From the IMG/VR virus record IMGVR_UViG_3300044629_000710: DNA of 64,000 nt; one strand, given 5' to 3'. The stretch comes from an uncultured virus (IMG/VR IMGVR_UViG_3300044629_000710). Taxonomy: Duplodnaviria; Heunggongvirae; Uroviricota; Caudoviricetes. The notes under the pieces are model-generated. The model did no database searches. It was not told the origin of the DNA and saw only the letters and a program-made list of their open reading frames with translations. Shown in pieces: positions 35,855 to 45,787 of this stretch (position 1 is its first letter; each line of letters starts with the position of its first letter). Position numbers and translations under genes: made by a program.

Positions 35855-36919
35855 TTAGGGGTAGAAGCCGTTGCCGAAATAACCCGCCCCGAAGAAGCCC
35901 TGCGTCTGCTGGAGCAACTGGAGGCCGAGTTGGAGTCCGGTGGTCGTGTTGTAGTTGAGAAGCCCGTTGTCCGCCTTCGGCAGTCCGTCGCCGACGATGG
36001 GATACTTCCCGTTCTTGTAATCGTCAAGGTTCTGGAGGTATTGGGCGAACTGGTTGCGGCGTTCAAGTGCCTGCTGGTTGAACTTGCGGTTGGACAGGCG
36101 GGTCATCCCGTTCATCTCGTCCACGCTGCTCTGGAGGTTCCGTCTGGCATCGTCAAAAGACCTAGCCATGTCGGTGGAACGCTCTATGCGGGGGAAACCC
36201 GTGTCGGTGATCTCAGGAACGACCGGCTTGCCGCTGAAATCTATGCCAAGGGGGACTATATCCCTGAACATCAAGCCAACATCAACACTCATGGGCGATG
36301 TCGCGGCATCGGACGATAGGGTTCCGCCGTTCACCGTGAACGAGTAGGGGTATATCTCGGTGAAACGGAAGCCCGTCAGCAAACCCTTGTAGTATGCATC
36401 TATGGCTTGGTCAAAGTTCTGGATGAACTTGGGTAGGAGGAGAACCACCGCCTCGCTGTCCTTTGCGTAGTCATCATAGAACCGGAACTGCTTGGTGGTG
36501 GGATTCTGGATGTAGTGAATCCAGTCGTGAAAAAACTCCTTCTCAAACATGTCCGCACCGCAGTGGTACGACAACTTGAACCCCGCCGTGTTGGCGGTGT
36601 TCTTGCGATAGGGGAACAGGCGTGAGGGTCCGCCGTGCAGGAAGTTCTCCTCGGCGGTGTTCCATGCCATCTCGGGTATGGCAATGTTCTTGCAGGTGAT
36701 GGCCAGACGGGAGGTATCCTCCACGAACCGCATTCCGAGGTCTTGCCGCACATTGATGTTCGGCAGCAAGAACACAAGGTAGCGGTTCGGGGAAGCGAAG
36801 CCCGATGTCCGCATCGTGCCGTAGACCGTGTCAGGGAAGGAGGGGGCGTACTGCGAGGAATAACTCGGCTGAGGCTTCTTCCATGAATGGATGTTATTTG
36901 TGGGGTCGTAGAGTGCCAT
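35855..36919 (-). CDS. Tail tube initiator / tube-fold protein (gp54-like)
   Basis: G.A.PNRY.V, C....IP, EKEFF.DW..YI, FYDDY, F.E.YP motifs of the gp19/gp54 fold. Confidence 0.7.
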   Translation of the reverse strand: MALYDPTNNIHSWKKPQPSYSSQYAPSFPDTVYGTMRTSGFASPNRYLVFLLPNINVRQDLGMRFVEDTSRLAITCKNIAIPEMAWNTAEENFLHGGPSRLFPYRKNTANTAGFKLSYHCGADMFEKEFFHDWIHYIQNPTTKQFRFYDDYAKDSEAVVLLLPKFIQNFDQAIDAYYKGLLTGFRFTEIYPYSFTVNGGTLSSDAATSPMSVDVGLMFRDIVPLGIDFSGKPVVPEITDTGFPRIERSTDMARSFDDARRNLQSSVDEMNGMTRLSNRKFNQQALERRNQFAQYLQNLDDYKNGKYPIVGDGLPKADNGLLNYNTTTGLQLGLQLLQQTQGFFGAGYFGNGFYP

Positions 36920-36937
36920 TTTCCGTATTACTATCTA

Positions 36938-37531
36938 TTAGGCGAGCCGCCATATATCCTTCTTTGGCATGCCCTTGAAGCGGTCCAACGGGAAGAAGGG
37001 AACAGCCTTCCACTCGGTCTGCGGGATGAACGCGACCTTGGACACGATGTTGGAGTAGTAGTACCTCTTGATGCACTTCCTGTAGGGGGTCAACTTGGGG
37101 TCTGATTTCAGCATAGCGTAGGTAATGTTGAAGAAAGCATCGGCACGGGGATTGGTGGCCCAGTTCTTGTCGTTCACATACTTGAGCAACTGGTTCAGGA
37201 AGCCGGATCTGGAACCGGGGGGCAGGTAGTGCAGGTTCAAGCCCAGAAACCCAGCCCCCTTCGGACACAGGATGATGACCACGGGGAACTCGTCCCAAAA
37301 AGGCAGGTCATCTTTTGTCTTTGGGTTGTAGCCGAAGAACGCCATGATCCCCGGCTTGATGGACTTGTTCTTGGCGAGCGTCTTTGAGTTGTCAATGAAG
37401 GTGCTCTGCCGCATACCCGTCTTGATCTTGGACAGGTTGGTGGCCAACCAGTCGGTGGCCAGATCATCATCAAGCGAAAAGCCGGTCTTGGCCAGCCTGT
37501 TCAGAGACTGCTGGACTTCTCTCTTGCTCAT
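36938..37531 (-). CDS. gp2: DNA end protector protein (T4 gp2)
   Basis: G.M.FF.Y.PKTK..LP.WD.FP, GFLGLNLHYLP, C.KRY...; start at ATG 37531. Confidence 0.88.
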   Translation of the reverse strand: MSKREVQQSLNRLAKTGFSLDDDLATDWLATNLSKIKTGMRQSTFIDNSKTLAKNKSIKPGIMAFFGYNPKTKDDLPFWDEFPVVIILCPKGAGFLGLNLHYLPPGSRSGFLNQLLKYVNDKNWATNPRADAFFNITYAMLKSDPKLTPYRKCIKRYYYSNIVSKVAFIPQTEWKAVPFFPLDRFKGMPKKDIWRLA

Positions 37532-37989
37532 TTCTTGGCTCCGAAGATGTTGTCCTCGGTCAGGATGCGGAACCGCCACCCGCGATTCTCACAATAGTCC
37601 TCGGCAGCACTCCATTTGGCGGAGTTGATCATCCAGTTTCGGATTTCATAGACCTTTGACTTGGAGACTTTTTTGGTCGTTGGCATCTCGGGTTTGACGG
37701 TTTGTTTCTTGGGTTTGACCTCAATGAGGCACTCCTCAACAGACCCATCAGGCTTCCGAAGTCGGACCCAGAAATCAACGAAGTATCGGTGCCTTCTCCC
37801 ATCCAGAGGGGAGATATAAGGAATGATGACCTCTTCGGATGACCACTCAATGACGGAGTCGTTCTCGTCACAGAATACCATCATCCGACGCTCCCACAGC
37901 GACCGATAGAAGCACAGTGAGGGATCGCCTCGGTACTTCTCTGGTTTTCGCGGCATGTACTTGCCCTTGTATGGACCCTGCTTGCCCAT
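37528..37989 (-). CDS. gp4: Head completion nuclease (T4 gp4, TnsA-like)
   Basis: YKGKY.P..PEKY.GD, YRSLWER, W.SEE..IPY.SP.D...HRYF.DF, IEVKP, N.AKW.AA; start at ATG 37989. Confidence 0.93.
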   Translation of the reverse strand: MGKQGPYKGKYMPRKPEKYRGDPSLCFYRSLWERRMMVFCDENDSVIEWSSEEVIIPYISPLDGRRHRYFVDFWVRLRKPDGSVEECLIEVKPKKQTVKPEMPTTKKVSKSKVYEIRNWMINSAKWSAAEDYCENRGWRFRILTEDNIFGAKK

Positions 37990-38003
37990 CCGACACCTCT
38001 GCC

Positions 38004-38030
38004 TATTTATGGACAGGCAACCACTAAATA
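38004..38030. promoter_or_regulatory. Back-to-back divergent late promoters (ATAAATA on -, 38004-38010; CTAAATA on +, 38024-38030)
   Basis: Located at the gp4/gp48 divergence point. Confidence 0.8.
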
Positions 38031-38038
38031 GGTGAGAC

Positions 38039-39226
38039 ATGTTCAACAAGCAAAACATACTTGGTTACATGGATTCCTTCACCAACCCGATCAAGCGGTT
38101 GGATTTTTCTCGCGGCACATTCGGAAACTTTGAGGCTAGGCTCAGGGAGATGAATCGCCGAAACCTCGGTCCGTCCTATTCCAAATACCCATCCGATCTT
38201 GGTCTCAATCCGGAGTACCAGACGGTCATGCAGATTGACATTTGGGAGAACGACTCCAAGGTGCTGGGTACGAGACGGACTACCGTGGTCAAGGAGTTGG
38301 GAGACAAAGTAGTAGGCAGCGTTGAATCCAACAAGACAGCAGGCGATGGTCAGGAGAGGGATCCTCTGGACATGGCTCTGGGTGGACTCCAAACGGCTGG
38401 AACCGCTCTTGTCGGTGCAGGAAGCCAGATACTGAATGCTAGTGTCACCCCCCTCATGGCAGGTGATCTTCGCGGCAAGGGAACCGGCGAGTTCTCGTAT
38501 ACCGAGGAGCAGACTGGTCTTGCGGGAGGAACCAAGTTCACTGGCAAGAGACTCTATCTCTACCTGCCGTCGGCTATTGAGTCCAAATATGGATTCACAT
38601 ATGAGAGCAAGGATATGTCTTCCTTGGGTCCGCTTCAGTTGGGTAAAGCCATGGCGGAAGGCAACATGGAACTTGCTGCGGAGTTGGGCAAGCAGATCGG
38701 TATGGCCAATCTGGGCAAGGTGGTGGGCAAGGTGGCTGAGGCGGTCGGGGTTGAGGAAGGCACGCTACAGGCGTTCTCCGAAGCCACGCAGCGACAGGTG
38801 GTCAACCCAATGACCGTCCACATGTTCAAGGCGGTTGATCGTCGCAGTTTCTCCTTCTCATGGACTTTCTACCCGAAGAACCGCGAGGATCTGGCGAATG
38901 CCTACGAGATAATCCACACCTTCAAGTACTACGCACACCCGCGTAGGTCCGAGGGAGCGGGCAGGTTTTTGGATTATCCCGCCGAGTTCAAGATTCGTTT
39001 CTGCAACTATGACGGCACGGAGAACCAATACCTGCCCAGAATCATGAGATGTGTGGCAAAGAGCGTGTCCGTCAAGTACGGCGAAGACGGTGTGTTCTCC
39101 ACCTTCCAATACGACCAACTGGGATCTCCTCCGACCAAGATCGTCCTCTCGGTGGACTTTGACGAGTTGGAACTCCTCACGCAGGACAGGTTTGAGATTG
39201 CACCGGGAACCATCAACTCGCCATAA
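38039..39226 (+). CDS. gp48: Baseplate tail tube cap (T4 gp48)
   Basis: YP.DL, LYLP, NP....FK....R.FSF...F.PKN, L.YP.EF.I, C....V.V.Y, F.ELE.LT. Confidence 0.85.
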   Translation: MFNKQNILGYMDSFTNPIKRLDFSRGTFGNFEARLREMNRRNLGPSYSKYPSDLGLNPEYQTVMQIDIWENDSKVLGTRRTTVVKELGDKVVGSVESNKTAGDGQERDPLDMALGGLQTAGTALVGAGSQILNASVTPLMAGDLRGKGTGEFSYTEEQTGLAGGTKFTGKRLYLYLPSAIESKYGFTYESKDMSSLGPLQLGKAMAEGNMELAAELGKQIGMANLGKVVGKVAEAVGVEEGTLQAFSEATQRQVVNPMTVHMFKAVDRRSFSFSWTFYPKNREDLANAYEIIHTFKYYAHPRRSEGAGRFLDYPAEFKIRFCNYDGTENQYLPRIMRCVAKSVSVKYGEDGVFSTFQYDQLGSPPTKIVLSVDFDELELLTQDRFEIAPGTINSP

Positions 39227-39238
39227 GGAGTGGAATAG

Positions 39239-40225
39239 GTGGGATACTTTGACTTCATTCCCAAGACCCCGTATCGCATAGAGGATGGCAACGCAACGAT
39301 TGCCAAGAATATCCTCACGCGCGTACGCATTCTGGACGCGACAAAGGATTCGCAGTCCACCTTCCTTGACTACACCATACAAGACGGCGAGAGACCTGAG
39401 ACGCTGGCGGAGCGTGTGTACGGGAGGTCCGACTATCACTGGATCATCCTCATGTTCAATGAGATCATTGATCCTTACTTCAGTTGGCCCCTCAGCAACG
39501 ACCAGTTGGACGATCAGGTTGAGAAGATCTACGGGAACGGAAGGAAGGCGTTGTTCATTGATGTGCCGAGCATCCGCCTTGACAGCGAGAAGGTGAACGC
39601 CCTGCTTGACCAGAGGAAGCCGTACTTTGAGGTCGGAAGCACGATCACCCAGATTGATGTATCGGATGGAACCACCGTCCTTGCCACAGGAACAGTGGAA
39701 GAGTGGAACCCGACTCTCATGAAACTGGTCGTGATGCCCGTCAGCGGGACATTCCGAAAGCAATGGGAGGGGCAGCAGGCAATCCGACCGAACAGCACTA
39801 CGGACGCTAGTCTGGTTTATGACATTCTGTTCACGACCAAGGACGGGACCAAGGGCAAAGCGTGTCTCGTACGGCTTACCGACGAGAACAAGATGGCGAT
39901 ACATCACTTTGAGAACGAGAACGGGGAGGAGGTGTCCCCATGGACCAACACATGCGACCACCTCAAGTCTCCGTCAAACTGCGATACTTGTTCGGGTGAC
40001 TTCGGGTGGTGTACGGTGATTGAGTCATATGTGCTCGGCAACTCGGAGACACCGGTGGTCAGAAAGCCGGAGATTGACGAGACCATGAATGTCTTCGTGG
40101 TCACGAACGCCCAGTACGAACTGAACCAAAACGAGTCCAAGAGACGCATCAAGATGATGCGAAGCGACTTGATTGATGTGGTGTTGAGAGAGTTCCGCAG
40201 AATCGTGGATAACACGGTGACATAA
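39239..40225 (+). CDS. gp53: Baseplate wedge subunit (T4 gp53, LysM-like)
   Basis: YF...P...Y, Y.IQDGERPE.LA...YG....HWIIL..N.IIDP...WP, VTN..YE...NE.KR.IK. Confidence 0.9.
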   Translation: MGYFDFIPKTPYRIEDGNATIAKNILTRVRILDATKDSQSTFLDYTIQDGERPETLAERVYGRSDYHWIILMFNEIIDPYFSWPLSNDQLDDQVEKIYGNGRKALFIDVPSIRLDSEKVNALLDQRKPYFEVGSTITQIDVSDGTTVLATGTVEEWNPTLMKLVVMPVSGTFRKQWEGQQAIRPNSTTDASLVYDILFTTKDGTKGKACLVRLTDENKMAIHHFENENGEEVSPWTNTCDHLKSPSNCDTCSGDFGWCTVIESYVLGNSETPVVRKPEIDETMNVFVVTNAQYELNQNESKRRIKMMRSDLIDVVLREFRRIVDNTVT

Positions 40226-41703
40226 TGGGAACGACAAATGATAGAACCATGGAGAAGCCCGGTGATGTCATCATTGATGATATCACCCTGAAGTCATACA
40301 ACGGCTTTGAGATGAGCCTCAAGGGTCTGTTCCAGAACTTCATCCTGTACGAGGACATCTTCTCCAACTACATGACGGGGTCCATCACCATCGTTGACTC
40401 GATGAACCTGGTGAAGAACTTCCCCATCATCGGGGCAGAGACCCTCCGCATCTCGTATTTCACACCGAACTACTTGGATGGGGCGGAGGATCACAAGCCG
40501 GTGACCCTGAACTTCCGCACCTTCAAGGTGTCCAAGTACATAGAGACGGCTCAGGAATCGGCACTCATGGTTACCATTGAGTTCATGTCCGAGCAGGGCA
40601 TCAAGAGCATGCAGACCAAGGTCTCCAAGGCATACACCAACATGTCGGTCGCCGACATGATCCGCAGCATATACGAGGAGTACCTTGCGAGCGACAACAC
40701 CGACTACTCGGATGTGTATTCCGCCATCACATCCGGTGCTGCGACTGGTATACTCAGTCCCGTCCCCGGTGGGACGATCTTGGGTGCGGCTACCGCAGGG
40801 CTGTACGCATACAGGAATCGCGAGGAGAAGATACCGCTTCGGACATTCACTCCAACCTTTGACCTGCGGTCATATGTCATACCTTATTGGAGTCCCCTAT
40901 ACGCCATCAACTGGCTGTGCCATAGGGCAAGATCCGAGACGGACACCCGCAAGTGCGACTTCGTGTTCTACGAAAACTCCGAAGGATTTCACTTCACTTC
41001 CTTGAGCGACCTCAAGGAGATGGGCAAGTTGCCGAACAGGTATCACCACTACACCAATTACCCCGAAGGCTTCCGAAACAAGGAGTCCGAGAGGATGTTG
41101 GCGACCGAGATGCGGAATGTCATCTTCGCCAAGATACAGGACTTTTCGGACAAGGCAAAGCAGCAGGCATTGGGAATGCTGGCATCGTCCATCTATACCC
41201 ACGACCTCACGACCAAGAAATGGACGCTTGATACCTTTAGTTACGACGACCAGTTTGACAGCAACATGGCGTTGAACAAGAATCCGATCATGCCGCGAGG
41301 CAAGAACAACTACTCCACGGCACCGTACGCCCACATGAAGATGTACCCCAACTCCTCGTTCACCACGAAGACAGGGATCACCGTCCACGATCCTAACGAG
41401 ACGGTGCTGAAGAGGCAGTCGTTGCTGAACCAGATGAACTCCATGAACATGGTGGTTGAAGTATGGGGCGACACTACCGTCAAGGTCGGCAGCGTGGTGA
41501 AATACACTCCCGTTGTGAAGGAGTTCAATAAGAAGATTGACAAGTGGGAAGACGATTACCTAAAGGGCTTCTATCTCATCACGGCGATACGCCATGTGAT
41601 CACCGATCGTGAGCACAAGATGACGATGACCCTCTCGCGGGACTCGTTCGCCGAGCCGCTGGCCGACCAGAAGAAGGCACAACTTCAGTTGGGAGAACAA
41701 TGA
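40225..41703 (+). CDS. Baseplate hub protein (gp27-like)
   Basis: YEDIF...TG.I...DS.NL...FPIIG.E, F.FYE...GFHF.SL, G.T....G, G.YLITAIRH; located between gp53 and gp5. Confidence 0.72.
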   Translation: MGTTNDRTMEKPGDVIIDDITLKSYNGFEMSLKGLFQNFILYEDIFSNYMTGSITIVDSMNLVKNFPIIGAETLRISYFTPNYLDGAEDHKPVTLNFRTFKVSKYIETAQESALMVTIEFMSEQGIKSMQTKVSKAYTNMSVADMIRSIYEEYLASDNTDYSDVYSAITSGAATGILSPVPGGTILGAATAGLYAYRNREEKIPLRTFTPTFDLRSYVIPYWSPLYAINWLCHRARSETDTRKCDFVFYENSEGFHFTSLSDLKEMGKLPNRYHHYTNYPEGFRNKESERMLATEMRNVIFAKIQDFSDKAKQQALGMLASSIYTHDLTTKKWTLDTFSYDDQFDSNMALNKNPIMPRGKNNYSTAPYAHMKMYPNSSFTTKTGITVHDPNETVLKRQSLLNQMNSMNMVVEVWGDTTVKVGSVVKYTPVVKEFNKKIDKWEDDYLKGFYLITAIRHVITDREHKMTMTLSRDSFAEPLADQKKAQLQLGEQ

Positions 41704-43241
41704 GCGTCCATAATCATGAACCTATGAAGCCGGACTTCATGGGAAAGAACGGGTTCGTGTGGTGGCAAGGAGTCGTTGAGGACATCTACGATCCTCTTCG
41801 TCTCGGGCGTGTGCGTGTGCGTGTGCTTGGGTGGCATACGGATGACAAGGCGGCGATCCCCACGGACAGCCTTCCTTGGGCTGCGGTTCTCATGCCCGCG
41901 AACAACCCGTTCGTCAGCGGCAAGGGATGGTCTCCCAACGGGCTGCTACAAGGTTGCTGGGTGGTGGGGTTCTTCCGCGATGGCTTGAACGGACAGGAGC
42001 CAGTGGTCATGGGGACCATCGGTGGCATCAACACCATCACCATCCCCCTGCCGTCTCCGGAGGACATGCCGTTCGGATATGGGTTCGGCGGTGCGTTCGC
42101 CGACTATGCCGCCAACATGATAAAGCAGAGGGAGAAAGAGATCGTCTCGGTTCTGGACAAGACCAAGAACGACGCGGGTCTCAAGCCCAACCAGTTGCCG
42201 CAGAATCCCGTGATTGACACAAGCCGTGGGTTCGCCGATCCGGAGGGTGTCTATCCCATGGTCTCACGCATGGGTGAGCCTGACACCAACCGTCTCGCAC
42301 GCGGGGAGAATGTCCAGTACACAATCGTCAACAAGAAAAACAACAGCCGCGTATCCACCGAGACCGCCATCGCGGGATACTGGGCCGAGCCGGTGTCAGC
42401 ATATGCCGCCAAGTACCCATTCAACCATGTCTATGAGTCGCCCGCTGGACATGTGATTGAATATGACGATACGCCCGGCTCAGAGCGGCTTCATTGGTAT
42501 CACTGCTCCGGCACATTCAACGAGGTCCATCCCAAGGGCGGCGAGGTCCACAAGGTCGTTGGCAACGCATGGGACATCACCATGAACGACAAGATGATCT
42601 ATGTGAAGGGCAATGCCTCGTTCAACGCTGGCAAGACCCTCAAGATCATGATGGGCAAGGATCTGGACATAGAGGTGGCGGGCGATGTCAAGATGCTGGT
42701 GAACGGCAACATGACCACCGATGTCAAGGGCAATTTCCTACAGAAGATCAAGGGGTCTTACACGACGGTCAGCGAGGGACCGATGGTTCTCATATCCCCC
42801 CGCATTGACCTCAACCCCGAGGGAGAGCAGCCGTCAGCCGTTGACACTCTCATGGACAAGGCACGCGATCTGGTCAATGGATTGATCGGTTGGTTCTCCA
42901 CGCCGGAGACCACGGTGGAGACAACCGCGGAGCAGCCGCCGGTCCAGCCTCCGGTTGAGGAGTTCAAGGAGGCTCCGCAGGAAGGGACACCACAAGATAA
43001 ACCTGATCCAGATGAACCGGCAACATTTGATCAGATCAAGGCAAGATACGGCATGCTGACCGATGAATCGGCACAATACCTTGAGTTGTTGATCATACCG
43101 ATGAACAAGGTTGATTCGGTCGTTTCCAGCACAAAGGGGTCTTTGCGGAGTGATTTCAACGATCCAGACAAGCAACTTCTCGGTCTTACAAGAACGGCCA
43201 AGAGACAAGGACTTGACACATTTGAAGATTTTGAAGGATAA
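41700..43241 (+). CDS. gp5: Baseplate central spike (T4 gp5-like) with no lysozyme domain and a C-terminal extension
   Basis: WWQGVVED..DP..LGRVRVR..G.H OB-fold; YPFNHV.ES..GH..E.DDTPG.ER; beta-helix V.GN/V.GD repeats to RIDLN. Confidence 0.9.
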   Translation: MSVHNHEPMKPDFMGKNGFVWWQGVVEDIYDPLRLGRVRVRVLGWHTDDKAAIPTDSLPWAAVLMPANNPFVSGKGWSPNGLLQGCWVVGFFRDGLNGQEPVVMGTIGGINTITIPLPSPEDMPFGYGFGGAFADYAANMIKQREKEIVSVLDKTKNDAGLKPNQLPQNPVIDTSRGFADPEGVYPMVSRMGEPDTNRLARGENVQYTIVNKKNNSRVSTETAIAGYWAEPVSAYAAKYPFNHVYESPAGHVIEYDDTPGSERLHWYHCSGTFNEVHPKGGEVHKVVGNAWDITMNDKMIYVKGNASFNAGKTLKIMMGKDLDIEVAGDVKMLVNGNMTTDVKGNFLQKIKGSYTTVSEGPMVLISPRIDLNPEGEQPSAVDTLMDKARDLVNGLIGWFSTPETTVETTAEQPPVQPPVEEFKEAPQEGTPQDKPDPDEPATFDQIKARYGMLTDESAQYLELLIIPMNKVDSVVSSTKGSLRSDFNDPDKQLLGLTRTAKRQGLDTFEDFEG

Positions 43242-43256
43242 AGAAGGGGGTGATAG

Positions 43257-44030
43257 ATGAGCGTAGCACTTATCAACGCATCAAAGGCGGCGGCGAACTA
43301 CAAGACGGCGAATGCCGTCAGCCAGTCCGGTCAAACGCCCCCAAACTCGTCAACAGCGACGAATGCCAAGAAGTCAACCGGCTCCGGCAAGATGTACAGC
43401 GTGGAGAGCATTGAGGGTTACCAGAGTGCATCAAGCCTGAACTCGTACGCGGCGTTGTCGGCACAGCAGAAGGCGACGGCAAGCACCAGCGAGGATGTCA
43501 GCATCAAGGGAGCGATTGCTGTCCCCGTGGCGACGGACTTCTCGGAGTCCAAGAAGAGCCTGAACGAAGTTGCGGCTACAAAAGGCCAGTTGGCTTCCGT
43601 CCCCGACATTGATGTCTGCTCTTTCTTGAGCAAGATACCGCCCATCAAGATTGACCTGAATCCGGACTTGGGTGGAGGAAATCAGTTGTCCGATTTGATC
43701 GGTGAGATCAACGGGATCACGCTCAGGGGCATGCAGATGGTATCGGATGCCATCGTCGGGGTGGTCGGTGGGATCGGTGCCGCCATCGGTGACACCGCCA
43801 AGGCAATAGATGATGCAATACCGGACATCAAATGTGGTTCGCCTCCACCCGAGATCACCGTGGACCTTCCTATACCTACGGCTTCGGCCCTGACCCAACC
43901 ACCTGTTCCCGCTGCTCCGACACAGGTAGTTCCCGATGTAGAGTACGGCACGGACCCACAGATCACAATTGAAAGTCCGGATGTGACCGTCAAGAGCATA
44001 GACGATGTCTTGGATGCGGGTGAATTCTGA
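43257..44030 (+). CDS. Hypothetical virion protein
   Basis: 257 aa, Ala/Ser-rich N-terminus and Pro-rich C-terminus, within the baseplate operon. Confidence 0.6.
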   Translation: MSVALINASKAAANYKTANAVSQSGQTPPNSSTATNAKKSTGSGKMYSVESIEGYQSASSLNSYAALSAQQKATASTSEDVSIKGAIAVPVATDFSESKKSLNEVAATKGQLASVPDIDVCSFLSKIPPIKIDLNPDLGGGNQLSDLIGEINGITLRGMQMVSDAIVGVVGGIGAAIGDTAKAIDDAIPDIKCGSPPPEITVDLPIPTASALTQPPVPAAPTQVVPDVEYGTDPQITIESPDVTVKSIDDVLDAGEF

Positions 44031-44860
44031 TGGTACAGATGGTAGGCACACAACCAATTGATTTTTATTACCCAGATGGGTTGAGCGGTCAAGCCATAAC
44101 TCCATCCAACAACAACGAGGGGTGCATAGATTGGATTACGGAAAGAATAATAAACTATCGCTACGCAGGCGCAGACGCACAGAGACCCATATTTGAGAAC
44201 ACCCTCATCGGCAAGAACCGGACGGGTTGCGACAGCCCGTCGCTCCGTGTGAGTGCCGAATACAGGAGACAACTGGGACCGAACAACCCATCCACCGGCA
44301 GGAGGACAACGCAGACCGTCTGCTCCGGAGTTGGTCCGATAAAGTATGCCTACATCACGGGTAAGTTGCCGGACACCCTGACCTTCAACATTGATACAGG
44401 AAGTTTTGAGGGGTGCATTCCGGAACTGGACACCTTCCTCGGCAAGGATGTCCTCGGCTCGGAGATGACACCACCTCGGACCGCGAGCGGAGCGGACGGT
44501 CAGGCGGTCTCTGACTACGGCTTCAACTACGGCGAGCAGGAGCCTCAGAGATATGACGAGACAAACTACGCGAGCGGGGGGTCAAGTGCTCTGTATTTGG
44601 GAGGATTTGGTACTGCAATCTCCATTCCGTTCATTGCAAGGGCGTTTGATTCGTCCGATCCGTACGGCAACTATATTGATGGGGAGTTCGTACTGAATGT
44701 CCTGAACAATTGGTCATCCGATCGTGACTCGCTCGTCCTAAATATCAGGAATCAGATGTACCTTGACGGTAAACCAGTGACGAACGCCGAATATCTTAAC
44801 GGCATGAAGGCTAAGGGTTACTTCAACGACATCGGGACATGTACTTGCGACGAGGAGTGA
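44030..44860 (+). CDS. Hypothetical baseplate-associated protein (gp5.1-like position, Ig-like segment)
   Basis: G.LP..L.....TG...G motif; NNWS.DRD; lies between gp5 and PAAR. Confidence 0.55.
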   Translation: MVQMVGTQPIDFYYPDGLSGQAITPSNNNEGCIDWITERIINYRYAGADAQRPIFENTLIGKNRTGCDSPSLRVSAEYRRQLGPNNPSTGRRTTQTVCSGVGPIKYAYITGKLPDTLTFNIDTGSFEGCIPELDTFLGKDVLGSEMTPPRTASGADGQAVSDYGFNYGEQEPQRYDETNYASGGSSALYLGGFGTAISIPFIARAFDSSDPYGNYIDGEFVLNVLNNWSSDRDSLVLNIRNQMYLDGKPVTNAEYLNGMKAKGYFNDIGTCTCDEE

Positions 44861-44861
44861 T

Positions 44862-45149
44862 ATGCCCGCAGCCCACCGAAAAGCCGATCTATGCACAGGA
44901 CACGGATGCTTCCCGCCAAGACGAAATCTTGACGGCTCGTCCAATGTGTTCGTCAACAGCCTTGGTTGGCACCTGAAGGGTGGGAAGTGGGCAACTCATT
45001 GCTGTGGAGATTCATGTCATCAGAGCACTACTGCGGAGGGTTCCTCTTCCGTTTTTGTAAACAGCAAGCCAGCGACCAGAATCGGTGATCCGGTTGACTG
45101 CAATTCGGCATGCGGTAGAGGAAGCCCAAATGTATTCGCAGGAGGTTGA
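44862..45149 (+). CDS. PAAR spike tip protein (T4 gp5.4-like)
   Basis: MPAAHR..D.CTGHGCFPP, GS.NVFVN, H, PATRIGD.V.C, GS.NVFAGG. Confidence 0.92.
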   Translation: MPAAHRKADLCTGHGCFPPRRNLDGSSNVFVNSLGWHLKGGKWATHCCGDSCHQSTTAEGSSSVFVNSKPATRIGDPVDCNSACGRGSPNVFAGG

Positions 45150-45154
45150 CTGAG

Positions 45155-45784
45155 ATGATTTTAGGAATCGCACCGGAGTCGTGGTTCAATATCGGGTTCG
45201 GAATTGCCTGTCTTGCCGCCGGTCTGTTGGGCGGATGGGGATGGAAGGGCAAGGTGGACAAAAAGGGAGAAGAACGCGAGAAGGAGGATGCCTCCATCAG
45301 CAAGTCCGACTACCAGACGAGGCACAGCAATGTCCATGACCTGCTGACCACCCTGAGAGTTGAGACCGGAGCCACCCGTGCCAAGATCGGTCACTTCCAC
45401 AACGGCGGCAAGTTCCTTGACGGAAGCCCCATGAAGAAGTTCAGCATCACCCATGAGTCGTGCGTGCGGGGGGTTCCCTATGACGGACCGCAGTTGCAGA
45501 ACATTCATGTGACCCTCTTCTGGGACATGATTGAGAACATGCGGGACAATGGGGGCGGTCTTCACAAGACTGATGACATGCGGGACGGTTACTTCCGTTC
45601 CTACAACAAGTCCAACGACACCGTCGCATACGGCATCCTGCCGATCATCAAACAAGACCTGTACATAGGGTTCATCATGCTGGAGTGGTTTGACGATCAG
45701 ACCCCTCCACACGACGATCCCAGTTTCGTAAGCACTTTCCGACAGATGCGGGATTACATTGAGTTGGAACTCGCATTGAGGTGA
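45155..45784 (+). CDS. Single-TM protein with GAF-like C-terminal domain (possible T4 holin T-like)
   Basis: GGAGG RBS; N-terminal TM helix; R.....FHNGG.F..G..MKKFSITHE..., PI......IGFI..EW. Confidence 0.5.
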   Translation: MILGIAPESWFNIGFGIACLAAGLLGGWGWKGKVDKKGEEREKEDASISKSDYQTRHSNVHDLLTTLRVETGATRAKIGHFHNGGKFLDGSPMKKFSITHESCVRGVPYDGPQLQNIHVTLFWDMIENMRDNGGGLHKTDDMRDGYFRSYNKSNDTVAYGILPIIKQDLYIGFIMLEWFDDQTPPHDDPSFVSTFRQMRDYIELELALR

Positions 45785-45787
45785 CCT

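Noticed and set aside
41803..41826. (CGTGTG)n microsatellite-like tract
   Set aside because: Encodes the conserved GRVRVRV motif of the gp5 OB-fold; not independent evidence of a repeat element.
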